Shown: piece by piece, positions 1 to 9,946 of the stretch
How the letters are laid out: every line of letters starts with the position of its first letter
How positions within the stretch are numbered: position 1 is the stretch's first letter
Assembly (NCBI GenBank): GCA_963822315.1
Contig: CAWGHB010000010.1
Coordinates: 88,377-152,376, forward strand
Direction of reading: 5' to 3'
Origin: an uncultured Acidimicrobiia bacterium
Lineage (GTDB): Bacteria; Actinomycetota; Acidimicrobiia; Acidimicrobiales; Ilumatobacteraceae
Length of the DNA: 64,000 bases
Translations under genes and position numbers: made by a program
The notes under the pieces: generated by a model
What the model was told of the DNA's origin: nothing
The model's input: the letters and a program-made list of their open reading frames with translations, nothing else
Databases searched by the model: none

Positions 1-523
1 AGCCGAGCCGCTCCCCGGCCTCGACGGCGGGCCGGGTGAGGATGATCCGCTGCACCTGCTTGGCCTGCAGCGCCTTCACGGCCATCGCCACGGCGAGCCA
101 TGACTTCCCGGTGCCGGCGGGTCCGATGCCGAACGTGATGACGTTCTCGGCGATCGCGTCGATGTAGCGCTTCTGGCCGGCCGACTTCGGGCGCACCTGG
201 CGGCCCTTGGCGCCGCGCAGGACGTCGGTGGTCAGGATCTCGCTCGGCCGCTCGTCCTCGCCGACCATGCCGATGACGCGCCGCAGGCTCGCCTCGTCGA
301 GGTCGTGGCCGCGCTGGAGCAGGCCGACGAGCTCCTCGAAGAGCCGGCCGACCTCCCCCGACCGTTCGCCGCGTGCGGTGACCTCGTTGCCGCGCACGTT
401 GATCTCGGTCTGCGGGAAGGCCGCTTCGATCTGGCGCAAGTGCTGGTCGCGGGGCCCGACGAGAGCCGACATCACGTGGGTGCCGGGGACGACGACGGTG
501 GTCGTGGTCTCGGTCGCTGTCAT
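1..523 (-). CDS. phoH: PhoH-like ATPase, N-terminal part (3' end runs off the window)
   Basis: Own translation of minus strand from ATG 523-521: MTATETT...[51 protein letters not shown]. Walker A motif and the Pho[10 protein letters not shown] block are present. Absent from the ORF track because it is open at the window edge. The start overlaps the upstream stop as ATGA (520-523). Confidence 0.85.
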   Translation of the reverse strand, partial: MTATETTTTVVVPGTHVMSALVGPRDQHLRQIEAAFPQTEINVRGNEVTARGERSGEVGRLFEELVGLLQRGHDLDEASLRRVIGMVGEDERPSEILTTDVLRGAKGRQVRPKSAGQKRYIDAIAENVITFGIGPAGTGKSWLAVAMAVKALQAKQVQRIILTRPAVEAGERLG

Positions 524-1245
524 GAAGTGGACGAGCCCTCGGCGCTCATCGTGTTGATGGTAGCGGGTGGTCCGGCGCTCCCGATGAAGCGGTCGAGCTG
601 GGCCACCGGCACCAGGTTCCACCGCTCGATGACCGGGAGCTCGCGCTCGTGGCCGAGGATCGAGACGCTGGCCGGGTCGAGCGTCAGCACCCGGCCGTCG
701 CGGGCGTCGAGGCGGCACCAGCGGGCGGCGAGGATCCGCAGGATGTGGGCGTGGGCGAACACGACGGCGAGCCGGCGCTCCCCGGCGAGCCGAGACAGCA
801 CCCGGTCGGCGCGGCCGGCGACCTGCTCGAGCGACTCTCCGCGCTCGAGCGGGTTGGTCCAGACCGACCATCCGGGGACGTCGACCCGCAGCTCGTCGGT
901 GCGGCGACCCTCGGCCTCGCCGTAGTCCCACTCGGCAAGGTCGGGCTCGATCTCGGCCCGATCGCCGAAGCCGGCGAGCACGCACGTGTCGCGGGCCCGT
1001 CGGAGTGGACTCGTCAGGATCAGCGCCCCGTCGATGCCGCCGATCGCCGACAGCACGGGGTGCAGCTCCGCAGCGAGTCGGCGACCGTCGTCGTTGAGCG
1101 GGATGTCGCTGCGGCCCGTGTGGCGCCGCTGGCTGCTCCATGCCGTCTCGCCGTGCCGCACGAGCACCACCCGATCGCTCACCCCCCGGACGCTACGCCC
1201 GACGGCATCACCGGCCGGTGCACGCCGTCGCTGCGCCGTCGCCAT
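520..1245 (-). CDS. histidine phosphatase (phosphoglycerate-mutase-like) family protein
   Basis: ORF 520..1347. N-terminal VVLVRHGETAWS..RHTGRSDIPL (RHG catalytic motif). Start placed at ATG 1245 (MATAQ); GTG 1182 is also possible. The stop overlaps the phoH start. Confidence 0.8.
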   Translation of the reverse strand: MATAQRRRAPAGDAVGRSVRGVSDRVVLVRHGETAWSSQRRHTGRSDIPLNDDGRRLAAELHPVLSAIGGIDGALILTSPLRRARDTCVLAGFGDRAEIEPDLAEWDYGEAEGRRTDELRVDVPGWSVWTNPLERGESLEQVAGRADRVLSRLAGERRLAVVFAHAHILRILAARWCRLDARDGRVLTLDPASVSILGHERELPVIERWNLVPVAQLDRFIGSAGPPATINTMSAEGSSTS

Positions 1246-1265
1246 CGGTAGCGTCGCCGGGCGTG

Positions 1266-1682
1266 ATGCACGAGGACTACGCGCTGCGGGAGGGCCCGCC
1301 GTCGGCTGCCGACGCCGTGCGGCTGCGGGCCCGGGCCGGGCTGTCACCCAGGACCCTGGAGCAGGCGGCGCCGGCCATGGTCGGCAGCTGGTCGGGGGTC
1401 CACGTCGTCCACGTGCCGTCGGGCGCCGTCGTCGCGATGGGGCGGGTCATCGGCGACGGTGGTTGGTACTTCCACATCTGCGACATGGCGACGGAGCCCG
1501 ACCACCAGCGCCTGGGCATCGGGGAGGCGGTGCTGGTGCACCTGCTCGACGGCATCCTGGCCGCCGCGCCGGCGACGCCGTACATCACGCTGCTCGCCGA
1601 CGAGCCCGGCCGCCCGCTGTATCGCAGGGTCGGCTTCGTGGACACCGCGCCCGGGTCGATCGGCATGGTCCTGCGCCGCTGA
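1266..1682 (+). CDS. GNAT family N-acetyltransferase
   Basis: ORF 1140..1682. HQRLGIGEAVLVHLL..PLYRRVGF acetyl-CoA binding pattern. Start set at internal ATG (MHEDYAL) to avoid overlap with the divergent gene. Confidence 0.7.
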   Translation: MHEDYALREGPPSAADAVRLRARAGLSPRTLEQAAPAMVGSWSGVHVVHVPSGAVVAMGRVIGDGGWYFHICDMATEPDHQRLGIGEAVLVHLLDGILAAAPATPYITLLADEPGRPLYRRVGFVDTAPGSIGMVLRR

Positions 1683-1756
1683 ACTGAGAACTCGGGGCGG
1701 GGCACCGGCGGGCGCCGGATGCGACCCGGCTCGCCGCCACGTGGTGAGCTACAGCG

Positions 1757-3004
1757 ATGAGCGCTCGTGAGGCCTGGATCATCGACGGTGTGCGCACGTA
1801 CCGCGGCAAGGGCCGGGCCAACGGCGCCCTCCACCACATCCACCCCCAGGAGCTGCTGGCGCAGTGCCTCAACGCGGTGGTCGCCCGCGCCGGCGTCCCG
1901 ACGACCGACGTCGAGGACGTCATCGCGGGCAACGCCGCCGGCGTCGGTGACCACGGCGCCGACATCGCCCGCCTCGCCGTCCTCACCGCAGGGTGGCCGT
2001 ACTCGACGCCCGGACTGACGATCAACCGCTTCTGCGGCTCGGGCCAGCAGGCCGTCGGCATGGCCGCCACCGGTGTCCTCGCCGGCCATCAGGACCTCGT
2101 GATCGGCGGCGGCGTCGAATCCATGTCGCGGCCGTTCACCGCCGGCGCCGACGGCGTGCCCGGCACCATGGACGGCAGCAACCCCCTGGTCCGCGACAAG
2201 TACCCGCTGATCCCCCAGGGCATCGCCGCCGACCTGATCGCCACCGTCGAGGGCTTCTCCCGCACGGAGTGCGACGAACTGGCCGTCCGCAGCCAGGACC
2301 GCGCCGCCAAGGCGATCGCCGAGGGCCGCTTCGACCGCAGCGTCATCACCGTCCACAACCAGGACGGCTCGGTCGCGCTCGACCACGAGGAGTTCCCCCG
2401 CCCGGGCACCACCGTCGAGGGACTGGCCGGGCTGGCCCCGAGCTTCGCCACGATGGGCGCCACGCCGTGGGAGAAGTTCGGCGGCGAGACGTTCGACGAG
2501 ATGTGCATCCGCACCTACCCGCAGATCGACGAGGTCCACCACGTCCACCACGCCGGGAACTCGTCGGGCGTCGTCGACGGCGCGTCGGCGATCCTCGTGG
2601 CGTCGAGCGACTACGCGGAGGCCCACGGCCTGACGCCCCGGGCCCGCATCCGGATGACCGCGGCCATCGGGTCCGAGCCGGTGATCATGCTGACCGGCCC
2701 GGCGCCGGCCGCCCAACGCGCCCTCGACAAGGCGGGCATGACCGTCGACGACATCGACATCTGGGAGATCAACGAGGCGTTCGCCGCCGTCGTCCTGAAG
2801 GCGATCCGCGAGCTCGACCTCGACATCGACCGGCTGAACGTGAACGGCGGGGCGATGGCCCTCGGCCACCCGATCGGTGGGACCGGCCCGATGCTGATCC
2901 AGACCGCGCTCGACGAGCTCGAGCGCACGGACAAGGAGACGGCACTCGTCGCCATGTGCACCGGGGGCGGCATGGGGACGGCCACGATCATCCAGCGCAT
3001 CTGA
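1757..3004 (+). CDS. acetyl-CoA acetyltransferase / thiolase
   Basis: 415-aa ORF. NRFCGSGQQAV active-site Cys region, NVNGGAMALGHPIGGTG, C-terminal CTGGGMGTATIIQRI. Confidence 0.9.
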   Translation: MSAREAWIIDGVRTYRGKGRANGALHHIHPQELLAQCLNAVVARAGVPTTDVEDVIAGNAAGVGDHGADIARLAVLTAGWPYSTPGLTINRFCGSGQQAVGMAATGVLAGHQDLVIGGGVESMSRPFTAGADGVPGTMDGSNPLVRDKYPLIPQGIAADLIATVEGFSRTECDELAVRSQDRAAKAIAEGRFDRSVITVHNQDGSVALDHEEFPRPGTTVEGLAGLAPSFATMGATPWEKFGGETFDEMCIRTYPQIDEVHHVHHAGNSSGVVDGASAILVASSDYAEAHGLTPRARIRMTAAIGSEPVIMLTGPAPAAQRALDKAGMTVDDIDIWEINEAFAAVVLKAIRELDLDIDRLNVNGGAMALGHPIGGTGPMLIQTALDELERTDKETALVAMCTGGGMGTATIIQRI

Positions 3005-3031
3005 CGCGCGGCCCGGCCGCACGTGCCGGCG

Positions 3032-3478
3032 TCAGCCGTTCGACGAGATCCGCGCCGGTTCGACGAGGACGGCGACGCGCCGCTCGGCGGCCATGACCCG
3101 GTCGTAGGTCGCCCAGTCGTCGTGCTCACCACCGGCCGCGACGAAGACGGCACGCAGCAGCCCGGGCACGTCGTCAGCGGCGACCCCGTTCCCGGGGTCG
3201 TCCGGCCCGATGATCTCCGCCGGACCCTCGACGGCTGCCCACTCCCAGCCGGCGCGGAACGTGACCGCGGCCCGACCGGCGCCGCGTAGCAGCTCCACCT
3301 TGCGGGCGTCGCCCCGGGCGACAAGGCCGACGACGGGCCGGCCCGACACCGGGTGGGCGAGCACGCCGGCGTTCACCACCGAGGCGTGGACGGACCCGTC
3401 GCGACGGGTGGTGGCGACGACCGCCAGACCGTGTTCGGCGGCGACGAGGCGGCGGACGAGGTCGAGATCGGCAGGCAT
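3032..3478 (-). CDS. PPOX-class (pyridoxamine 5'-phosphate oxidase-like, probably F420-dependent) protein
   Basis: 148-aa ORF. LVRRLVAAEHGLAVVATTRRDGSVHASVVN..VTFRAGWEWAAVEG split-barrel pattern. Confidence 0.65.
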   Translation of the reverse strand: MPADLDLVRRLVAAEHGLAVVATTRRDGSVHASVVNAGVLAHPVSGRPVVGLVARGDARKVELLRGAGRAAVTFRAGWEWAAVEGPAEIIGPDDPGNGVAADDVPGLLRAVFVAAGGEHDDWATYDRVMAAERRVAVLVEPARISSNG

Positions 3479-3503
3479 GGACCAGTGCTCCCAGCGCCGC
3501 CGG

Positions 3504-3887
3504 TCACGCGGGCTCGGCGAGGTAGAACGTGTTGCCGTCGATGTCCCGGAACGAGAACATCAGCGGCACACCGGGCCAGCGCAGCAGCTCGGCGACGTCG
3601 ACGCCGTGCGCCGTCATCGCCTGGTGCTCGGCCTCGGCGTCGGTGGCGAGGAAGCGGATGCCCGTGTCGATGCCCGACGGCAGCTCGTCCGAGGCGGCGA
3701 CGATGGCGACCGAGACCGCCGACCCCGGCGGCGCGACCTCGATCCAGCGGAAGCCCTCGCTGAGCTCGGCATCCATCTGCACCTCGAAACCGAGATCGAC
3801 GAAGAAGGCGACCGTGCGGTCCTGATCACTCGCCGGGATGGCCACCGTGCGGATCGTCGTGATGGTCGTGGTCGTCATGTCAGGCAT
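3504..3887 (-). CDS. VOC / glyoxalase family protein
   Basis: ORF 3504..3989. IPASDQDRTVAFFVDLGF...FSFRDIDGNTFYLAE. Start set at MPDMTTT. Confidence 0.7.
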   Translation of the reverse strand: MPDMTTTTITTIRTVAIPASDQDRTVAFFVDLGFEVQMDAELSEGFRWIEVAPPGSAVSVAIVAASDELPSGIDTGIRFLATDAEAEHQAMTAHGVDVAELLRWPGVPLMFSFRDIDGNTFYLAEPA

Positions 3888-3939
3888 GTGCTTGCTCCTC
3901 GCGTGGCGTCGGTCATGAGACGGTCCTGGCCGTGCGAAC

Positions 3940-4836
3940 TCATCGCCCCCCAGCGCCTGGAGCGGACGGCGGACGGTTGACCGATCCATGTCGTTCGCTC
4001 GCTGGCGGACCCGCTCGGCTCACGAAGTCGGGCGGCCGCTTCTCGGTGTGGCTGGCCAGCCCCTCGCGCACGTCTGGCCCGGCGAAGCCGTACATCTCGT
4101 AGGCCAGGCTGGCATCGAAGATCCCCGACTGGGCGCGGTACCAGTGGTTGAGCGTCTGCTTCGTGTACCTGATCGCGCCCTGCGCGCCGTCGGCCAGCTG
4201 CACGGCCACGGCGAGCGCTCGGTCCTGGACCTCGTCGTCGTCGACGCACAGCGACACCAGCCCGATCCGCTCGGCCTCCTCGCCGCGCAGCTCGTCGCAG
4301 GTCAACAGGTAGTACTTGGCCTTCGCCATGCCGCACAGCAGCGGCCAGCAGATCGCCGCGTGGTCGCCGGCAGCGACCCCGAGGCGGGTGTGGCCGTCGA
4401 TGATCCGGGCCGTGCGGCCGACGACCGAGACGTCGGCGAGCAACGCGGCCACGAGCCCCGCGCCGACGGCGGCACCGTGGATCGCCGAGACGATCGGCTT
4501 GGAGCAGTCGATCACGTTGTGGACGAGGTCGCGCGCCTCGCGCATCGTCTCGGCCCGCCGGTCGTAGTCCTCGACAAGGCCACCGATGAGCTCGAAGCTG
4601 CCCCCGGACGAGAACGCCCGGCCGGCGCCGCGCAGCAGCGCGACGTTCGTGTCCGGGTCGCGGTCGACGACCCGCCACACATCGGCCAGCTGGCGGTGGG
4701 CCGACGGACCGACGGCGTTGAGGCCGGGGGCGTCGAGCGTGATCCGCAGGACGCGGTCGGCCGGCCGGTCGATCGTGAGGTCGCTGAACTCTGCGTACCG
4801 GCGGTCCGGCTCGGGCGGTGCGGTCATCGCGCCCAT
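3940..4836 (-). CDS. enoyl-CoA hydratase/isomerase (crotonase) family protein
   Basis: C-terminal 298 codons of the artefactual 1018-aa ORF 3940..6996. [41 protein letters not shown]. About 28 extra C-terminal codons are read through repeat copy R1-a. Confidence 0.85.
   Translation of the reverse strand: MGAMTAPPEPDRRYAEFSDLTIDRPADRVLRITLDAPGLNAVGPSAHRQLADVWRVVDRDPDTNVALLRGAGRAFSSGGSFELIGGLVEDYDRRAETMREARDLVHNVIDCSKPIVSAIHGAAVGAGLVAALLADVSVVGRTARIIDGHTRLGVAAGDHAAICWPLLCGMAKAKYYLLTCDELRGEEAERIGLVSLCVDDDEVQDRALAVAVQLADGAQGAIRYTKQTLNHWYRAQSGIFDASLAYEMYGFAGPDVREGLASHTEKRPPDFVSRAGPPASERHGSVNRPPSAPGAGGR
3986..4023 (+). repeat. 38-nt interspersed repeat R1, copy a
   Basis: CCATGTCGTTCGCTCGCTGGCGGACCCGCTCGGCTCAC. 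Aligns with copies at 24965, 35356, 35288, 36639 and (diverged) 29266. Confidence 0.7.
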
Positions 4837-4980
4837 CGTGCCCGCCAGCCGAGGAGGACGGCGAGCACGACCGGCAGCCCGAGGTAGGCGTGGTACTCGC
4901 CAGGGCCGCGTACACCGGGAGGAACACGTACCGCGCGGTCGCCCAGGCGGTGCCCGAGTCGCGATACTCACGTCACCACC

Positions 4981-6339
4981 ATGAGCGCGAGCATCCTCTT
5001 CCTGTGCACCGGGAACGCGACCCGGTCGGTGATCGCCGGCGCCGTGCTCCGGTCCCATCTGCCCGACGTCGAGGTCCAGACCGCGGGGACGTTCGCCATC
5101 GACGGGCTGCCGATGAGTTGGCGGACCCGCGCCGGCTTCGACGCGGTCGGCGTCGTCGCCCCGCGGCACCTCAGCCGGCAGGCCGTGGCCGAGGATCTCG
5201 AACGGGCGACGGTCGTGATCGGGTTGGCACCCGAGCACGTCGAGTGGGTGCGCCGCGAGCACCCGTCGGCGGCGGCGCGCACGGTGACCCTGCAGCGCCT
5301 CAACCGGGCGCTGGCCGACGACGAGCGGCCGCTGGCCGACCGCGTCGCCGAGCTCGACCTGGCCGCCGTCGAGCTCGCCCCCTGGGAGGAGGTCGTCGAC
5401 CCGGGCGGCGGCGAGGTCGAGGCCTTCATCGCCTGCGCCAACGAGGTGGTCGGCCTCGTCGAGCAGGTCGCCGGCCGGCTGCGGCCCCGCTCGCCGAGCG
5501 GCGAGACGTGGAGCGGCGCCCGAGCCGTGCGCTGGGTCGCCATCGCCGCTGCCCTCGACCGTCAGCTCGCGCCGGTGTCGGACGCGCTGTTCGAGATGGC
5601 CGGCCTGCAGCCCGGTGAACGGGTGCTCGACGTCGGCTGCGGCGCCGGGCCGACGACGCGCCGGGCCGCCGAGCAAGTCGGGAGCACCGGCTCGGTGGTC
5701 GGCCTCGACATCGCCGCCCCGATGCTGGAGGCGGCGCGCGCCGAGCCGGTCCCCGCCGGCGCCGCGCCGATCGAGTGGGTGCAGGCCGACGTGGGTGCGT
5801 GGGACCCGCCGGCCGACCGGTTCGACGCTGTGATCTCGCGCTTCGGGGTGATGTTCTTCGACGATCCCGGCGCGGCGTTCGCCACGTTGCGGCGGGCCAC
5901 GGCTCCTGGCGGGCGGCTGTGCGTCGCCGTGTGGGGCATGCGCGACGAATCGGCGGTGTTCGAGGTGCCGCTGCAGTCCGTGCTCACGGCGCTCGGGCAG
6001 CCGGACCATCCGGCGGTGCCGGCGCGAGACTTCGGTCCGTCGTCGCTCGGTGATCCCCAGCACGTCGTCGACCTGCTGAGCGCCGCCGGGTGGCGCGACG
6101 TGCGGTGGAACCGGCGGCACCTGGAGCTCCCACTCGGAGGCGGCGTCGGGCCGGCGGACGCGGCATCGGTCGCCATCCAGCTCGGTGCGGCACGCGCCGT
6201 CGTCGACACCCTGGACGACACCGAGCGCGAGCGGGCCCTCGTCGCCCTGGCGGAGGCGCTGGCCGCCCACGTCGACACCGACGGGCACGTGCGCCTGTCG
6301 GCGACGATCGGCATCGTCACTGCGACACCCCCGACGTAG
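4981..6339 (+). CDS. fusion protein: low-molecular-weight phosphatase/ArsC-like domain + class I SAM-dependent methyltransferase domain
   Basis: 452-aa uninterrupted ORF. N-terminal [11 protein letters not shown] (CX5R(S/T) P-loop). Residues ~200-330 carry [13 protein letters not shown] and [12 protein letters not shown] methyltransferase motifs. Confidence 0.75.
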   Translation: MSASILFLCTGNATRSVIAGAVLRSHLPDVEVQTAGTFAIDGLPMSWRTRAGFDAVGVVAPRHLSRQAVAEDLERATVVIGLAPEHVEWVRREHPSAAARTVTLQRLNRALADDERPLADRVAELDLAAVELAPWEEVVDPGGGEVEAFIACANEVVGLVEQVAGRLRPRSPSGETWSGARAVRWVAIAAALDRQLAPVSDALFEMAGLQPGERVLDVGCGAGPTTRRAAEQVGSTGSVVGLDIAAPMLEAARAEPVPAGAAPIEWVQADVGAWDPPADRFDAVISRFGVMFFDDPGAAFATLRRATAPGGRLCVAVWGMRDESAVFEVPLQSVLTALGQPDHPAVPARDFGPSSLGDPQHVVDLLSAAGWRDVRWNRRHLELPLGGGVGPADAASVAIQLGAARAVVDTLDDTERERALVALAEALAAHVDTDGHVRLSATIGIVTATPPT

Positions 6340-6348
6340 GTTGACCGG

Positions 6349-9189
6349 GTGCCCGTCCCCGGACCCTCCGCGCTCGGCCGCGGCGTCGTCATCACCACCG
6401 GGTCGCCCGTGCCGCCGGCCTGGTCCAGGGCCGCTGTCGTCACGGTGGACGAGGCCGCCGTCGCCGATCCCGTGGCGACCGTGGCAGAGCTCCACGCCGC
6501 GTGGGCAGCGCGCGAGCCCGTCGTCGTTGCCCTCGGCGTCGACCCGGCCACGTTCCGCGCGCCGGCGTCGATCCCGGTGGAGCCCTGGCGGCTGGGTCCC
6601 GGAGCCGAGCCGTCGTTGGACCGGCTCCACTTCCTGACCTGGGCCAACACCTACGACGCGCGCGTCGGCGAGCCGGTGTGGTGGTGGGGCGTGAAGGCGG
6701 CCCGCCTCGAAGGCGCGGTGGCCACCCCCGACGGCGCAGCCGACGTCGTCCTGGCCGACGGCCGACCGGCGTGGATCGACGGTGGACCCCGGGGACCGCT
6801 GGCTCTCGCCGACGTCGTCGTCCACAGCGAGTCCGTCGACCTGGGGCGACTGACCGTCGTCCCGACCGCGGTCACGCCGCGAGCCGACCTGGCCCCCGAC
6901 CAGCTCGCCGCCGTCGGGCACGGCGCAGGGCCGGCACGGGTCATCGCCCCCGCAGGATCGGGCAAGACCCGCGTCCTCACCGAACGCCTCCGCCACCTCC
7001 TCGTCGACCGCGGCTACGAGTCGGGCGGTGTGCTCGCCGTCGCCTACAACAAGCAGGCCCAGCTGGAGATGGAGGCCCGCACGACCGACATCCGGCCGCG
7101 CGTGCGCACGTTGAACTCACTCGGGCTGTGGGTCCTGGCCGAGCACCGCGGGTCGTCGCCGCCGGTGCTCGACGAGCCCGACGTCCGGCGCATCGTCGAC
7201 GAGCTGCTCCCGGGGCGGCGGCAACGGCGGGCGAACACCGATCCGATCGGGCCCTACGTCGAGGGCCTGACGGCCATCCGCCTCGGCCTGACCGCCCCCG
7301 AAGCCGTCGAGGGCTCACGCGACGACGTGCCCGGGCTGGCCGAGATGTTCCCGGCCTTCCGGCGCCGCCTGGCCGACCGCGGCGCCGTCGACTTCGACGA
7401 GCAGATCTACGGTGCCGTGGAGGCCCTGCTCGGCGACGGGCCGTTCCGCCGCTCGATGCAGCGGTCGTGCGGCCACCTCCTCGTCGACGAGTTCCAGGAC
7501 CTCACGCCGGCCCACGTCCTGCTGCTGCGCCTGCTCGCCCTCCCGGCCCTCGACGTGTTCGGTGTCGGCGACGACGATCAGTGCATCTACGGCCATGCCG
7601 GCGCCGATCCGGCGTTCCTGATCGAGTACGGCGAGCTGTTCCCCGGCGCCGTCCCGCACCCGCTGACGGTGAACTACCGCTGTCCGGTGGAGGTGGTCGC
7701 GGGTGCCCGCACGCTGCTCGGCTACAACCACCGCCGCGTCCCCAAGGTCATCGAGGCCGGGCCGGCCAACGACACGGCGGCGGGGGCCCTGCGCGTGGTC
7801 GAGCACGGCCGCGACGACGGCGCGGCGGCGACGCTCGACGTGCTGCGGTCGTGGCTCGACGAGGACGACGTCGCAGCGTCGTCGATCGCCGTGCTGGCGC
7901 GGGTCAACTCCCTGCTGCTGGCGCCCCACGTCGCGCTCCACGAGGCCGGGCTCGCGGTGTCATCGGTGCTGCGTCCCGACGTCCTCGAGCGCACCGGCAT
8001 GCGGGCCGCGCTCGCCTACCTGCGCATCGCCACGTCGCCCGACGGCCTCGACCGTCGCGACATCGTCGAGATCCTGCGGCGACCGACGCGGGGCCTGCCC
8101 CAGTGGTTTCCCGAGCGGCTCGATCGGCGCGCCCGCTGGACCCTGCCGCAGCTGGCGGCGATCGCCGACCAGGTCAACGACAAGGACGCCGCCAAGGTCC
8201 TGCGCCTCGCCGACGACCTACGCATCGTCGTGGACGCCGGTCGGGACGGCACGACGCGCGACGTGCTCGAAGCGGTGCGCGACGACGTCGGGCTGGGCGC
8301 GGCGATGAGCCTGCTCGATCGCACCGGGGGCGGCCAGGGGTCCAGCCACCTGGACGACATCGACGGCCTCCTCGGCGTCGCCGACCTCCACCCGGATCCG
8401 GGCGGGTTCGAGCCGTGGCTGCGCACGGCGTTCCAGCGCGAAGCCGACCCCGCCGGGATCACGCTGTCGACGGTCCACCGCGTCAAGGGCCGGGAGTGGG
8501 ATCGCGTCGTCGTCTTCGGCGTCGCCGACGGCATCGTCCCCCACCGCCTGGCCGAGGACGTCGAGGAGGAGCGGCGGGTGCTGCACGTCGCCATCACCCG
8601 CGGCCGCCACCGGGTCGCCGTGCTCGCCGACCGGACGCGGCGCAGCGGGTTCCTCGACGAGCTCGCCGGCACGGCCCCAGCGACCCGCCCGCCACGACCC
8701 CGGGTGGACGAGGCGGCGGCGCCCGCGAGGCTGTCGTCGAGCCGGCGGGCAGCCACCGGCACGGCGCCGGCCGCCGACGGCATCGAGGCCGCACCCGGCC
8801 TCGTGATCACGGTCCCCGGCGGTCACGAGGGCACCGTGGAGGACGCCGACGGGCGCTCGGCGGTGGTCCGCACGGCGTCGGGCGGGACGCTGCGGGTGCG
8901 CTACGGCGAGCGGGTCGGGCTCGACGGGCGACGGGCCCCGCTCGTCGCGCCGACCAAGCTGTGGGGTGTCGCCGCCGACACCGAGGCCGCGCTGCGGGCC
9001 TGGCGCACCCAGCGCGCCGGCGCCGACGCCGTCCCCGCCTACGTCGTCGTCAACGACAAGCACCTCCGCGGCATCGCGCTGGCCCGTCCGGCGACACCGG
9101 CCGACCTGGTCGCGTGTGACGGCATCGGACCGGCCAAGCTCGAGCGGTACGGCGACGAGATCCTCGCCGTCGTCGAGTCCGTCGGCTGA
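6349..9189 (+). CDS. UvrD/PcrA-family DNA helicase with ~200-aa N-terminal extension and C-terminal HRDC-like domain
   Basis: 946-aa ORF (GTG start). [17 protein letters not shown] (Walker A), [35 protein letters not shown]-terminal [32 protein letters not shown]. Confidence 0.85.
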   Translation: MPVPGPSALGRGVVITTGSPVPPAWSRAAVVTVDEAAVADPVATVAELHAAWAAREPVVVALGVDPATFRAPASIPVEPWRLGPGAEPSLDRLHFLTWANTYDARVGEPVWWWGVKAARLEGAVATPDGAADVVLADGRPAWIDGGPRGPLALADVVVHSESVDLGRLTVVPTAVTPRADLAPDQLAAVGHGAGPARVIAPAGSGKTRVLTERLRHLLVDRGYESGGVLAVAYNKQAQLEMEARTTDIRPRVRTLNSLGLWVLAEHRGSSPPVLDEPDVRRIVDELLPGRRQRRANTDPIGPYVEGLTAIRLGLTAPEAVEGSRDDVPGLAEMFPAFRRRLADRGAVDFDEQIYGAVEALLGDGPFRRSMQRSCGHLLVDEFQDLTPAHVLLLRLLALPALDVFGVGDDDQCIYGHAGADPAFLIEYGELFPGAVPHPLTVNYRCPVEVVAGARTLLGYNHRRVPKVIEAGPANDTAAGALRVVEHGRDDGAAATLDVLRSWLDEDDVAASSIAVLARVNSLLLAPHVALHEAGLAVSSVLRPDVLERTGMRAALAYLRIATSPDGLDRRDIVEILRRPTRGLPQWFPERLDRRARWTLPQLAAIADQVNDKDAAKVLRLADDLRIVVDAGRDGTTRDVLEAVRDDVGLGAAMSLLDRTGGGQGSSHLDDIDGLLGVADLHPDPGGFEPWLRTAFQREADPAGITLSTVHRVKGREWDRVVVFGVADGIVPHRLAEDVEEERRVLHVAITRGRHRVAVLADRTRRSGFLDELAGTAPATRPPRPRVDEAAAPARLSSSRRAATGTAPAADGIEAAPGLVITVPGGHEGTVEDADGRSAVVRTASGGTLRVRYGERVGLDGRRAPLVAPTKLWGVAADTEAALRAWRTQRAGADAVPAYVVVNDKHLRGIALARPATPADLVACDGIGPAKLERYGDEILAVVESVG

Positions 9190-9194
9190 CGTCC

Positions 9195-9253
9195 GCGCCA
9201 ACTTGTGCAACGAAAACCGCGCTGGGGCGCGGGTTTCTTACACGAGTTGGCGC
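9195..9253. terminator. long imperfect hairpin between convergent genes (candidate bidirectional terminator)
   Basis: GCGCCAACTTGTG..GAAAACCGCGC-TGGG-GCGCGGGTTTC..CACGAGTTGGCGC. Nested inverted repeats with 1-2 mismatches, lying between stops at 9189 and 9261. Confidence 0.5.
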
Positions 9254-9260
9254 GATGCCG

Positions 9261-9899
9261 TCAGCGCTTGCCGCCGCCGAGGAGGCCGCCGAGGACGTCG
9301 CCGAGCCTGCCCAGGCCGCCACCGCCACCACCACCACCACCGTCGCCACCTCCGAGGAGGCCGCCGAGGATGTCGCCGATCCCACCCCCGCCGCTGTCGT
9401 CGTCGGCCGCGGCCGGCTTGGCGGCGCCCGGGCCCATGCCGGCCGTGTCCGAGGAGCCCGACGGTGCCGACGACGACGGAGCGCTCCCGCCACCCCCCAG
9501 CGACTTGCCGAGGAACGACATCAGCAACGGCGCCAGCATCGGCAGCAGCTTGGCGATCAGCCCCGCACCGCCCGAACCGCCGAGCCCGCCGAGGCCGCCG
9601 AGCTGGTTGACGACGGCCTCTTCGTTGTCACCGAAGACGTTCCGCACGATCTTCTCGCCGTCGGCCTTGTCGACCTGGTCGAAGTCGATGCCACCCTCGA
9701 GTAGCGATCCGTCGTGCTGCCGGACGGCCCGTGCGAGCGACGCCGCGCCGGCCGGGTCGTCGGCGTTGGCCTTCATCCCGCCGACGAGCGCCGGCAGCGC
9801 GCTGCGCACCGCCTCCTCGGCTTCGGCCTCGCTGACCCCGAGCTGGCCGGCGAGCTGACCGATCGGGATCTGCGACATCAGGTCGTCGATGCTGCTCAT
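9261..9899 (-). CDS. DUF937-like protein with glycine-rich C-terminal tail
   Basis: C-terminal part of ORF 9261..11369 from MSSIDDLMSQIPIGQLAGQLGVSEAEAEEAVRSALPALVGGM. Tail is GGLLGGGDGGGGGGGGGLGRLGDVLGGLLGGGKR. The family call is from memory. Confidence 0.5.
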   Translation of the reverse strand: MSSIDDLMSQIPIGQLAGQLGVSEAEAEEAVRSALPALVGGMKANADDPAGAASLARAVRQHDGSLLEGGIDFDQVDKADGEKIVRNVFGDNEEAVVNQLGGLGGLGGSGGAGLIAKLLPMLAPLLMSFLGKSLGGGGSAPSSSAPSGSSDTAGMGPGAAKPAAADDDSGGGGIGDILGGLLGGGDGGGGGGGGGLGRLGDVLGGLLGGGKR

Positions 9900-9946
9900 C
9901 GCGGCAGTGTAGGAGCGGCCCCGAACGGCCTCGTCACGCCCGATCG

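Noticed and set aside
3940-6996. Very long ORFs in the track: 3940..6996 (1018 aa), 1277..3022, 8218..9210, 9261..11369, 11551..12876, 38205..40064, 51737..54574, 52685..54898 upstream part, 20241..22049.
   Set aside because: Their translations are Arg/Pro/Gly/Ala-rich with no motifs. They lie antisense to, or out of frame with, genes that do have clear motifs. Such shadow ORFs are typical of high-GC DNA where stop codons are rare. Only the segments with recognisable homology were kept.
9261-9500. GGC/GCC-rich low-complexity stretch flagged as a possible tandem repeat.
   Set aside because: It is the in-frame glycine-rich tail of the DUF937-like protein (GGLLGGGDGGGGGGGGGL..). This is coding low complexity rather than a structured DNA repeat.
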